NCBI GenBank assembly: GCA_030145425.1
Contig: JAQYVO010000195.1
Location: 48,756-112,755 of the forward strand
DNA: 64,000 nucleotides
Direction of reading: 5' to 3'
Source of the DNA: Chromatiales bacterium
GTDB taxonomy: Bacteria; Pseudomonadota; Gammaproteobacteria; Chromatiales; Chromatiaceae
Positions 39,926 through 48,680 of the stretch are shown here, piece by piece. A model generated the notes under the pieces. That model was given only the letters and a program-made list of their open reading frames with translations. It was not told where the DNA came from and searched no databases. Each line of letters begins with the position of its first letter. Position 1 is the stretch's first letter. Made by a program: the position numbers and the translations under genes.

Positions 39926-40485
39926 ACGAGAAAATCTATATCAGTGCCCAGGAGCTGCTGACAGACTCCTTCAGACTGGGACTGCAGATTCTGCAGTCAG
40001 ACTTCAGGCCGAATTTTATCGTGGGTATCTGGCGCGGCGGCACGCCGGTGGGGATTGCCGTGCAGGAAATCCTGGATCTGCAGGGGGTAAAAACAGACCA
40101 CATCGCCATACGTACGTCGTCTTATACCGGCATCGGTCAGCGGGAAAAGCAGGTCGAGGTCTATGGGCTGGGCTACCTCATCCGGAAAATGAATTGGAAT
40201 GATTCACTCTTGATCGTGGACGATGTTTTCGATACCGGCCTGAGCGTCCAGGCAGTGATGGACACCCTGCAGCGCAAGGCCCGGCGAAATACACCCGGGG
40301 ACATCAGAATTGCCACGCCCTGGTTCAAACCCACCAACAACAGGACGGACATAAAGCCAGACTACTGCATCCACGAAACCGATCGGTGGTTGGTTTTTCC
40401 CCATGAGCTACAGGGGCTCAACCGCGCGGAGATGCTCGAGAACAAACCCGGGTTGAAAGCGCTGTTCGATGAAAGGGGGCTGTGA
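39922..40485 (+). CDS. Phosphoribosyltransferase-fold protein (purine PRT-like)
   Basis: 187 aa with a PRPP loop LLIVDDVFDTGLS. Overlaps the maf stop by 4 nt. Confidence 0.7.
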   Translation: MNEKIYISAQELLTDSFRLGLQILQSDFRPNFIVGIWRGGTPVGIAVQEILDLQGVKTDHIAIRTSSYTGIGQREKQVEVYGLGYLIRKMNWNDSLLIVDDVFDTGLSVQAVMDTLQRKARRNTPGDIRIATPWFKPTNNRTDIKPDYCIHETDRWLVFPHELQGLNRAEMLENKPGLKALFDERGL

Positions 40486-40526
40486 AAGAAGGGCCGAGGG
40501 CCAAGGGCCAAGGAAAGAATAGTTTG

Positions 40527-40604
40527 GTAGCCTGTGTTGAGCTTGCGAAACACGGGTTGAAGCGGTTCTTGTTCCCCCGCGTTTCGTTCCTCAACGCAGG
40601 CTAC
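40527..40604. repeat. 78-nt GTAG...CTAC long imperfect hairpin between convergent genes
   Basis: Outer arms are GTAGCCTGTGTTGAG / CTCAACGCAGGCTAC (one T-G wobble on the + strand). Inner arms are GCGAAACACGGG / CCCGCGTTTCGT. Confidence 0.65.
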
Positions 40605-40635
40605 GAAGGTCAGGTTTGGAAAGGCTGCAGGCGCA

Positions 40636-41547
40636 TCAACCCCGCCTGTTGGGGGATGCCTTAGGGTTTCCATTACCTATCAGTACGGCAAACATCTCCA
40701 TTATCTGATCACCCAGCAAATCCATACTGGCCAGGCAGTCCTCAACCGTCAAACCCGTCAATTCCCAGACACCCTCATCGATGTAACCCAGGTCATCCTC
40801 CTTACCCCAGACCAGGTGGTACGCCATTGCCTGGCTGATATGCACCAGAGCCGATTCCAGGCGGAATTCCTGAGCCACCATTGGATCATGGTGGTACCGG
40901 ATACTTGTTGCAATGCTTTCCGGCAAACTCCAGGCCTTGGCCAGTTCATAGCCCACCTCGGCATGATCGAATCCCAAAATCTCCTGTTCGGCGCCAGTCA
41001 ACAGGTCATTCCTGCCATCAGCCACCAGAAGCACATCCCTGGCCTTCTCCGTCATGTGCTGCAAAATAACCAGGCGCCCGATGTCGTGCAACACGCCCAT
41101 AACGAAGAGGCGTTCCCCGTGCAGCACGTTGCATTTTTTCGCCAAGGTACGGCCGAGAATGCCCGTTGCCACGGAGTAGTGCCAGAAGTCCCTCATGATG
41201 AACATATCAGCCGGAATACCCTGAAACAGGTCGCAGGTTGCGGTCATCAGGGCGAGATCTCGCAGCTCTCCCGTGCCGATGATGGTAACCGCCCGTGAAA
41301 TGGTCTCCACACGACCGGTCAGACCGTAATAGGCACTGTTTACCAGTCGCAGCATACGCCCGCTCAGATCAGCATCCTGGGCAATAACTTCGGCTATGTC
41401 CGATGAAGAGGCATTCGGATCCTCGATCAACTGGTTGACACGCAGGCAGGCGTCGGGAAGCGACATTACCTGTTCCAGCCCCTGAACCAGTTGCCCGGCC
41501 GTCATTGCGTGGGAATCGTCTGCCGCCAGAATTTGTCTGTCCATCAT
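40636..41547 (-). CDS. HDOD-domain signalling protein
   Basis: Contains LP....RV..L..DP..S...IA.VI..D..L..R.LRL.NSAYYG and GVLHDIGRLV. The track ORF starts at a TTG at 41595. I prefer the ATG at 41547, which has GAGG 9 nt upstream. Confidence 0.7.
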   Translation of the reverse strand: MMDRQILAADDSHAMTAGQLVQGLEQVMSLPDACLRVNQLIEDPNASSSDIAEVIAQDADLSGRMLRLVNSAYYGLTGRVETISRAVTIIGTGELRDLALMTATCDLFQGIPADMFIMRDFWHYSVATGILGRTLAKKCNVLHGERLFVMGVLHDIGRLVILQHMTEKARDVLLVADGRNDLLTGAEQEILGFDHAEVGYELAKAWSLPESIATSIRYHHDPMVAQEFRLESALVHISQAMAYHLVWGKEDDLGYIDEGVWELTGLTVEDCLASMDLLGDQIMEMFAVLIGNGNPKASPNRRG

Positions 41548-41701
41548 GTGTTTCAACCTCATTTCTGCTGCATGGTATTTCGGCAGGGAAAACAAAAAGT
41601 TGAGTATGATTCCAGCTATGCCATTAGATTCCCAGGCAGGGGATTCCGTATAGCGATCGACAACGTTATAGGATCAATGGTTTAGGATGCTGGCCGACCG
41701 G

Positions 41702-43111
41702 TCAGACGCCGATCACCTTGCTCATCGCGAAGCCGCTCAGCGAGCCGGGGCGCAGCCTGGCAAAGCCCTTGATGTTGGTCTTCGGCGTCTGATGGGACAT
41801 CAACTGGGTGTTGCGGAACTGGATCTCCATGAAGACGTGGTCCGGCGCCGGTTCGTCGAACGCAGCGGCGAGGCTGCGGGCCAGGTTGAATATGTCCTCC
41901 AACTCGTCAACCTTGTGAATGGCCGCCACATCGAGATAGGTTTTTTCGAAACTTTCCAACCAGCTGCGCACGATGGGATTGTTGGAGAAGAGTTCCAGAT
42001 AGACATCCTGCACGCCCATGACGTCGGCAATGCGAAGAATCTCCGTGCGTACCGAATCGAGCACATCCCCGCATTGGGTTTCCGACAACCGGTTTTCTCC
42101 CGGGATATCCCTTCGCATGACAATGGCGGTTTCTATGGCATCCACGGCAAGAAAAACCTGCACCTTGCCGGATTCATAAGTTACCAGCGGAAGCAGATGC
42201 ACCTTCATGACCAGGCTTCCCTGGTGGTGTACCTTCAGAATCAGGTAGTTCCGGTCGAGCATCCATGGGTACAAGGTCCAGTAGATATTCTCCGTATGCG
42301 CATCTACCTGCCGGAATGGCACCGCGGTGCAATCACCAATGTCGCTGCCCAGCCGCAACATATCCAGATCCCTCGAGGCAAAGACAAACTCCGTTCCTTC
42401 CCCGGAGAGGGATTCCAATCCCCAGCCCTCATCCCCATTGATCCTGCACAACGCTGCAAGCCCATGGGATATCTCGTCCGTATAGATGGATGCCGTCAGT
42501 CTGTCGATCCTGCTTGGGGGCATGCCCATGCGTTCGTTCAGCCCCTGGAGCAGTTCCCTTACCCTCAGTTTCCTGACTACCGCATCATATTTCTCGACCC
42601 CACTGACATGGTTGCGGATCTTCTGGTCCCGCTTTCTGACCAGGATTTCCTGAGCCTTGATCAGCAGCATCTCATCGGAAATTGAATTGAGCACATCCCG
42701 CCTGATCAGGCCTTTTGAGAGTATTTCATCCCTGATGGGAAAAGACTCATGGGTTTCCAGAAGTCCGCGGTGGAAATCTATCCAGGACATCAGTTGATCG
42801 ACACGGCCGCGGTTGAAAAGCGGCTTTGTATCGATACCGAATTCAATGGGCCAGTCCCTGTGCCACGACTCGTAGAATTCGAAGACTTGCCGCTTAAGAT
42901 CGGGTACGTGACGGAGGATGTTGTTGATGGCCGTACCCAGTGCCAGATTCAGTGTGCGCCTTTGCGTCCGCTCCTTTAACTCCGGAAGGAGCCCGTAGCG
43001 GCTGGGTAAATCCCCGAATGCTTCCACGGCTTCCTGAAGCGGCAGCCAGACATCCCCCGAGCGGCCGCCCTGCTCCACGAAACCGAGTATGTAGGGGTTA
43101 TAGTCGGTCAC
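41702..43111 (-). CDS. Hypothetical 469-aa soluble protein, no family recognised; 14 nt downstream of hynL
   Basis: Long uninterrupted ORF with the same strand and codon style as hynL. GTG start with a weak SD. No TM segment, no signal peptide and no motif I can name. The + ORF 41687..42685 is its shadow. Confidence 0.6.
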   Translation of the reverse strand: MTDYNPYILGFVEQGGRSGDVWLPLQEAVEAFGDLPSRYGLLPELKERTQRRTLNLALGTAINNILRHVPDLKRQVFEFYESWHRDWPIEFGIDTKPLFNRGRVDQLMSWIDFHRGLLETHESFPIRDEILSKGLIRRDVLNSISDEMLLIKAQEILVRKRDQKIRNHVSGVEKYDAVVRKLRVRELLQGLNERMGMPPSRIDRLTASIYTDEISHGLAALCRINGDEGWGLESLSGEGTEFVFASRDLDMLRLGSDIGDCTAVPFRQVDAHTENIYWTLYPWMLDRNYLILKVHHQGSLVMKVHLLPLVTYESGKVQVFLAVDAIETAIVMRRDIPGENRLSETQCGDVLDSVRTEILRIADVMGVQDVYLELFSNNPIVRSWLESFEKTYLDVAAIHKVDELEDIFNLARSLAAAFDEPAPDHVFMEIQFRNTQLMSHQTPKTNIKGFARLRPGSLSGFAMSKVIGV

Positions 43112-43124
43112 TTACCCGGCTTGT

Positions 43125-44846
43125 CTAGGTCACCTTAATGCGCATCATTTCCTTTCCCTGTTCATCGGACAGATGCACGGCACAGGCAATACAGGGATCG
43201 AAACTGTGGATGGTGCGCAATATCTCGACCGGTTGCTGGGTATCGACCAGGGTGTGGTTGTCTTCCAGCGCCGCTTCGTAAGCGCCGGGTTGACCGCTGT
43301 TATCGCGGGGCCCGGCATTCCATGTCGATGGAACCACTGCCTGGTAGTTGGCGATCTTCTGGTTCTCGATCACTATCCAGTGACAAAGCGCACCACGCGG
43401 CGCCTCCGTGAATCCGGCCCCGCGACACTCGGTCGGCCAGCTGGATGGTTCCCAGAGCGTCTCGTTGAAGGTCCGAGTGTCGCCGCTCTTGATATTGGAT
43501 TTAAGATCGTCGAACCAGCCCTGCATGGCATCCCCGATCAGTTTGGATTCAAGGGTGCGTGCGGCGGTGCGGCCCAGGGTGGAAAACATCGCCTCAATGG
43601 GTTGATCGAGCTTTTTCAATGCCATACCCGCCAGCTCGCGGGTCGGTTCGTGTCCCCTGGCATACAGCATCAGAACCCGGGCCAGTGGCCCCACCTCCAT
43701 GGATTTGTCTTTCCAGCGGGGTGATTTCATCCAGGAATAAGACTGCTCCACATCCAGATGCTCATAGGGCGGCTCCGGTCCTGTGTAGTTGAGGCTGGTC
43801 TCGCCCTCGTAGGGGTGCAGTCCCTGCTCCTTGCCGCCCTGATAATCGTACCAGGAGTGGGATATGTACTCCTGGATCTGTTCTCCGTCGTGCAGGTCCA
43901 CATCATGCACGGTACTGAGGTCCCTATCCAGAATAACTCCAGGTGGGAAAAAGTAGCTGTCGGTATCTCCCATGCCGGTTGCCGGAAAATCCCCATAACA
44001 GAGAAAGTTACCCAGTCCCTCGCCGCGCTTGAACCAATCCTTGTAAAAAGAGGCAATGGCCAGGGTATCAGGAAGATAGACCTGATCCACAAAGACACGC
44101 ATCTGTTCAATGACATCCTGAACCTGGGAAAGCCGCTTGGCGTTGATGGCCGAATCGGAGTTGAGATCGATGGGCGACGGCACGCCTCCCACCACAAAGT
44201 TGGGGTGCGGATTTTTCCCGCCGAAAATTGCGTGCAGCTTCACCACATCCCGCTGCCAGGTGAGCGCCTCCAGGTAGTGTGCAACCGCCATCAGGTTTGC
44301 CTCGGGGGGCAGTTTGTAAACGGGACTGCCCCAGTAGCCATTGGCGAAGATTCCAAGCTGCCCCGATTCGACGAATCCCTTGATCTTTTTCTGTGTATCG
44401 GAAAAGTAGCCTGCCGAAGCCTTGGGCCAGTTACTCAGGGACTGGGCCAGCGCCGCCGTCGCTTTGGGATCCGCCTTGAGCGCAGAAACCACGTCAACCC
44501 AGTCGAGGGCGTGCAGATGGTAGAAATGCATCACATGGTCGTGAACGTATTGCGCCCCGATCATCAGATTACGTATGAGCTGGGCATTTTGGGGGATCTC
44601 ATAGTTAAGGGCATCCTCCACCGCACGGATCGAGGCAATACCGTGGACCAGGGTGCATACGCCGCAGATGCGTTGGGCGAAGGCCCAGGCGTCTCGGGGA
44701 TCACGCCCCTTCAGGATGGTCTCTATGCCGCGCACCATGGTGCCAGAGGAATAGGCTTGTCCGATCCGGTTTCCATCCATCTGCACCTCAATGCGCAGAT
44801 GGCCCTCGATGCGCGTGATCGGATCGACGACGATGCGTTCGCTCAT
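43125..44846 (-). CDS. hynL: [NiFe] hydrogenase large subunit (Hyn/group-1 type)
   Basis: 573 aa. N-terminal RIEGH and RICGVC (L1/L2 Ni-binding cysteines). C-terminal DPCIACAVH is followed by a 15-aa tail typical of protease-processed large subunits. Confidence 0.92.
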   Translation of the reverse strand: MSERIVVDPITRIEGHLRIEVQMDGNRIGQAYSSGTMVRGIETILKGRDPRDAWAFAQRICGVCTLVHGIASIRAVEDALNYEIPQNAQLIRNLMIGAQYVHDHVMHFYHLHALDWVDVVSALKADPKATAALAQSLSNWPKASAGYFSDTQKKIKGFVESGQLGIFANGYWGSPVYKLPPEANLMAVAHYLEALTWQRDVVKLHAIFGGKNPHPNFVVGGVPSPIDLNSDSAINAKRLSQVQDVIEQMRVFVDQVYLPDTLAIASFYKDWFKRGEGLGNFLCYGDFPATGMGDTDSYFFPPGVILDRDLSTVHDVDLHDGEQIQEYISHSWYDYQGGKEQGLHPYEGETSLNYTGPEPPYEHLDVEQSYSWMKSPRWKDKSMEVGPLARVLMLYARGHEPTRELAGMALKKLDQPIEAMFSTLGRTAARTLESKLIGDAMQGWFDDLKSNIKSGDTRTFNETLWEPSSWPTECRGAGFTEAPRGALCHWIVIENQKIANYQAVVPSTWNAGPRDNSGQPGAYEAALEDNHTLVDTQQPVEILRTIHSFDPCIACAVHLSDEQGKEMMRIKVT

Positions 44847-44901
44847 TGATTCAGTCTCCAGCTAACTTCCAACACAAGGTCCGGATCAGGTTATGCATCC
44901 G

Positions 44902-44947
44902 GGGCCTGTTAACACTATGCGGATATCCACATAGTGTTAACAAGCCC
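44902..44947. repeat. 46-bp near-perfect palindrome built from the 22-nt GGGCCTGTTAACACTATGCGGA element
   Basis: Reads GGGCCTGTTAACACTATG-CGGATATCCA-CATAGTGTTAACAAGCCC. It abuts the isp2 stop codon. A further 6-bp hairpin CCGGAT..ATCCGG lies at 44881..44902. Confidence 0.8.
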
Positions 44948-46215
44948 TAGTCCTCTTCGATTACCAGATGTTCCGCCAGCATTTCGGTGAGCCCCGTTAC
45001 CGGGAATTCCATGTTGTACTCCTCCAGACCCTCTTCGATCACCAATCTGCAGTTGGCACAGGCAGTCACCAGGGTGGTGGCGCCACTCTCTTCCAGCTGA
45101 CTTTTCTTGCGCCTGAACACCCGGGTACGCAATTCCTCCGCATCGGTGTTCGCGCTGACGCCGCCGCCACCGCCGCAGCACCAGTTCCATTTGCCATGAT
45201 CCGGCATCTCCACGAAATTGGTACTTACCATATTCATGAGATGACGGGGCGAGTCGATTACGCCGCCTTTACGGACGATCGAACAGGGATCGTGAAAGGT
45301 GACACATTCGCCGGAAAGATCTTTCGTACTGATCCTGCCGGATGCCCGCAGTTCGTCCAGCAGTTCCAGGATGTGCACCACCTTGAACGGAAACGGACGG
45401 CCTATCAGGTTCGGTCCATCCCAGCGAATGGCCGTATAGGCGTGCCCGCACTCCGGACTGATGATGTATTTGACCTTCAGCTTCTCGGCCCCGTCGACAA
45501 CCCGCTGCACCAACTCCCGGGCAATATCCGTGGATCCGATCTGAATGCCTGTGTTTGTTGCCTCGAACGCCTCGGAGCACAGGGTCCAGCTGACACCCGC
45601 CTGCTTGAAAATTTTCGCCAGCGACTCTATGTATTCAGGAAAATTGATCACCTCCATGGAGGAGAGCAGCGCCAGGTAGTCGGCGCCTTCCACATCCACC
45701 GGTATCTTCAATCCCGTATCCGCTTCGATATGTTTTATCTGCGCCTGAAGGGCCTTGAGCCTGATGCCCATCGGGCTGCCGATCTTTACTGCCCGGATCG
45801 CCGCAGACTGCACATCCGGCGGCGCGTTGCCCGACGCCACCATGCCTTCCCGAACCTTTCGGACCATGAACGCGATATCGTTTCCCACAGGACAGACCAG
45901 GGAACAGCGGCCGCACAGGGTACAGCTGGCATAGATCAGTTCCTGCCATTGTTCGAGCATCTCATCCGTAACGGGCTCTGCCAGTCCAATCAGCTTCTTG
46001 AGCTTTCCAACAATCGTGTACTCCTGCTCCCAGATTCGACGCATCGGTTCCAGTTTGCGAATCGGCGTGTACTTTGGATCTCCCGTCTCAGTGTAGAAAA
46101 GGCAGGCTTCGGCGCACATGCCGCAGTTGACACAGCTTGAAAAGAAAGCGGCGACCGGGGCGTCAATCTGTTCCCGCAACGCGTTCAGGCCCCGTTCCAG
46201 TGTGGCCGTACTCAT
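44947..46215 (-). CDS. isp2: HdrD/DsrK-like iron-sulfur protein Isp2 (two 4Fe-4S motifs plus CCG domains)
   Basis: 422 aa. Contains CVNCGMCAEAC and CTLCGRCSLVCP, plus the CCG domain WCCGGGGG and CANC. Confidence 0.85.
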   Translation of the reverse strand: MSTATLERGLNALREQIDAPVAAFFSSCVNCGMCAEACLFYTETGDPKYTPIRKLEPMRRIWEQEYTIVGKLKKLIGLAEPVTDEMLEQWQELIYASCTLCGRCSLVCPVGNDIAFMVRKVREGMVASGNAPPDVQSAAIRAVKIGSPMGIRLKALQAQIKHIEADTGLKIPVDVEGADYLALLSSMEVINFPEYIESLAKIFKQAGVSWTLCSEAFEATNTGIQIGSTDIARELVQRVVDGAEKLKVKYIISPECGHAYTAIRWDGPNLIGRPFPFKVVHILELLDELRASGRISTKDLSGECVTFHDPCSIVRKGGVIDSPRHLMNMVSTNFVEMPDHGKWNWCCGGGGGVSANTDAEELRTRVFRRKKSQLEESGATTLVTACANCRLVIEEGLEEYNMEFPVTGLTEMLAEHLVIEED

Positions 46216-46874
46216 GATTCCACCCCCCTGCGGCCATGCATGGCCCCGTTATACCAACGCGCCAGAAACAGGGTGAACGTATGCATCAGCTTGGTGAACG
46301 GAAACAGGATCAGAAAAAACTCGATACTCAAAATGTGCAGACCCAGTATCAGCGGATAGGGATCGACCATCCGGTGATAGGCCAGATAACCGGTGAGCAG
46401 GGGTAAGAATGTCAGCACCCAGACCAGATAATCCTCTTTGTCCGAAAGTAGTTTCATGACCGGATTGGTAAGCCTGTTCCAGAGCACGGCCAGCAATCCT
46501 GCGATGCCCAGAACCGCAGCCGCGTCCACAATGGGCGTGGGCAGGCCGGGCCAGCCGAATCCGAAGGTGGCCGCGAACAGCTGAATGTGGGGTACGAAAA
46601 AGAACAGGCTGATCAGCAACCCGATGTGAAAAACATAACCCGCGATAACCGTCAACGGTTGGCGTTTGAAGGTACCGGCTTCGGGGATGTTGCGGGTCAG
46701 TATGGTTCGCATACCCGGACCGAACTCTGTCCCCCTGGGCTCCGCGAAGTTGGCCGCACGCCCCAGGGAGAAGATTTCGAAAAACCGCACTACAACGCCT
46801 ATAACGAAGATACCCAACGACACATCAAATGCAGTGCCCCTTACCCACAAGAGAAAATCCATCGGTTCAATCAT
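46212..46874 (-). CDS. isp1: NarI/DsrM-like membrane cytochrome b, Isp1
   Basis: 220 aa with five hydrophobic helices and conserved His residues. Start and stop overlap the neighbouring genes by 4 nt each. Confidence 0.8.
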   Translation of the reverse strand: MIEPMDFLLWVRGTAFDVSLGIFVIGVVVRFFEIFSLGRAANFAEPRGTEFGPGMRTILTRNIPEAGTFKRQPLTVIAGYVFHIGLLISLFFFVPHIQLFAATFGFGWPGLPTPIVDAAAVLGIAGLLAVLWNRLTNPVMKLLSDKEDYLVWVLTFLPLLTGYLAYHRMVDPYPLILGLHILSIEFFLILFPFTKLMHTFTLFLARWYNGAMHGRRGVES

Positions 46875-47965
46875 GATGTCTTCTCCAGATCGTCAACGGT
46901 TACCGTGCCGTGTTGCTGTTTCGCCCGTGACTTGGCCGCACGATTGAGTCCAACTGCCGCTGCCCCAATAGCCAGACCGGCAGCCCCCGCAATACCCACG
47001 GTGCGGGAGATATCCCCCGTGGGAATCGACAATGCCTTGTAGAATCCTCCGGCATCCCAGAAGCTTGGCTCGGAACACCCGAGGCAACCGTGTCCCGATT
47101 CAACCGGCCAACTCGTGCCCTGGTTCCATTTCATGGTGGCACATGCGTTATAGGCCATGGGCCCCTTGCAACCCAATTTGTACAGACACCAGCCCTTCCT
47201 TGCACCCTCGTCGTCAAAGGTTTCGGCAAAGAGCCCCTTGTCGTAGAAGGGTCGCCTGTAGCAACGATCGTGAATACTGGTACCGAAAAAGGCCATCGGC
47301 CGTCCGTACTGATCCAGCTCAGGCAGCGTATCGAAAGTCAGATAGTGGGCCAGAACACCCGTGATGACGGACGGGATCGGGGGACAGCCCGAGACATTGA
47401 TGATGGGCTTGTCCGTGATGATATCGGACACGGAAACCGCACCGGTCGGGTTCGGTGCCGCTTTCGGAAGCCCTCCGAATGCCGCACAGGTACCCACTGC
47501 GATCACAGCCGCGGCTCCGGCCGCGGTTTCCTGCAGCATTTGCAGGTTGCTGATGCCGGCAATAGTGGAGTAACCCGGATGCCCCAGGGGGATGGAACCG
47601 TCCACCACCAGGAGATATTTCCCCGCGTTATCGTGCATCGCCTTTTCCCTTGCCGCCTCGGCGGCGGCGCCGGAGGCTGCCTGAAGGGTGTGATGGTAAT
47701 CGAGAGAGATGTAATCGAACAGGAGGTTTTCGACCGTCGGCGCATGACTTCGGGTCAGCGATTCCGTGCAGCCGGTGCACTCCTGGAAGGAGAGCCAGAT
47801 GACCGAGGGCCGCCTGGCCTTTTCCAATGCAGCAGCCACGGCGGGTGCCATGCCGGCAGGCAATGCCAACATCGAGGCTGTGGCTGTGCAGAACTTCAGA
47901 AATCCGCGCCGTGTCACCCCTTGTCTTCTAAGGCTCTCGCCCAAGGTCGATGAGTTATCGGTCAT
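46871..47965 (-). CDS. hynS: [NiFe] hydrogenase small subunit with Tat signal
   Basis: The ATG at 47965 is preceded by GGAGGAGA; the track ORF starts at a TTG at 47992. Contains the twin-arginine signal TRRGFLKF, SVIWLSFQECTGCTES and distal/medial cluster cysteines. Confidence 0.92.
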   Translation of the reverse strand: MTDNSSTLGESLRRQGVTRRGFLKFCTATASMLALPAGMAPAVAAALEKARRPSVIWLSFQECTGCTESLTRSHAPTVENLLFDYISLDYHHTLQAASGAAAEAAREKAMHDNAGKYLLVVDGSIPLGHPGYSTIAGISNLQMLQETAAGAAAVIAVGTCAAFGGLPKAAPNPTGAVSVSDIITDKPIINVSGCPPIPSVITGVLAHYLTFDTLPELDQYGRPMAFFGTSIHDRCYRRPFYDKGLFAETFDDEGARKGWCLYKLGCKGPMAYNACATMKWNQGTSWPVESGHGCLGCSEPSFWDAGGFYKALSIPTGDISRTVGIAGAAGLAIGAAAVGLNRAAKSRAKQQHGTVTVDDLEKTS

Positions 47966-47996
47966 AAACTTCTCCTCCGATGCCCCTGACAAATCC

Positions 47997-48452
47997 TCAG
48001 GGTTCCTCCTGCGGATTCTCTGATGTAAAACCCTGCCGTCCGGTTATCAGAGTTTCGTTGAGTCTTTTGAGACCGGATTCGATATCGGCCGAGTGGGCGC
48101 AAAGGATCTCCGGCATCCTGGTAATCTCAATCTGAAAGGCAACCCGTTGCCCATCCAGGTTCCTGTGCTCGACGACCCATACACCGGAGTACCGGCTTTC
48201 CCACACCCGGGATTCTCCCAGGGCATTCAATGTAGCGCTCACTTCCCCCTGCCCCAACTCTGAAAGCAGCCTGTCTTCATCAGTGGGTCCGAAAGGAATG
48301 GCGAGAAGGTCCAGTGTTCTGGATTCCCCGGTTTCCAGAAGATGCCTCATGGCATGGGCAATCTCCTGCAGCAGAATCAGAGCATTCCCCGTCTCACCCG
48401 AAAGCGCACCTGACGGGTCGACTGGAATATTAATATCATCTAATACGTTCAT
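47997..48452 (-). CDS. Single-domain HupH/HyaF-like hydrogenase expression/formation protein
   Basis: 151 aa. GNALILLQEIAHAMRHLLETGESRTLDL..IPFGP.DEDRLLSELGQGEVSA and GVWVVEH resemble the HupH C-terminal domain as I recall it. The stop is 4 nt from the TTG at 47992 and 31 nt upstream of my preferred hynS ATG at 47965. Confidence 0.5.
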   Translation of the reverse strand: MNVLDDINIPVDPSGALSGETGNALILLQEIAHAMRHLLETGESRTLDLLAIPFGPTDEDRLLSELGQGEVSATLNALGESRVWESRYSGVWVVEHRNLDGQRVAFQIEITRMPEILCAHSADIESGLKRLNETLITGRQGFTSENPQEEP

Positions 48453-48564
48453 ATTCTTATGCGTATTATATATCTAAGTCGGCCTACTCCCCCCTGTATT
48501 GAATGACCCAGATCAGTTTTTGGATCTTTAACGCCACCACTGGGTTGTTCGGCCCCGAGCCAGA

Positions 48565-48584
48565 CTGCTTAACACTGTGTCGGA
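48565..48584. repeat. Degenerate third copy of the TTAACAC element
   Basis: CTGCTTAACACTGTGTCGGA compared with CTGTTAACACTATGCGGA. Lies upstream of the hyn operon. Confidence 0.35.
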
Positions 48585-48680
48585 CTCAAAAATCGGCCTT
48601 TTTGACCTGATTGGGCTTTCACACCGCGGCAGAATCTATACAATCGGTTCGCATGGCGGGACAAACCTATCAGCTTTCCA

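Noticed and set aside
43125-43200. Selenocysteine ([NiFeSe]) in the hydrogenase large subunit C-terminal motif
   Set aside because: The motif reads DPCIACAVH with ordinary Cys codons and no in-frame TGA.
41687-46140. Long + strand ORFs 41687..42685, 43758..44849 and 44968..46140
   Set aside because: They lie antisense to the 469-aa ORF, hynL and isp2. Translations are R/G/H/L-rich with no recognisable domains, the typical shadow ORFs of GC-rich coding DNA.
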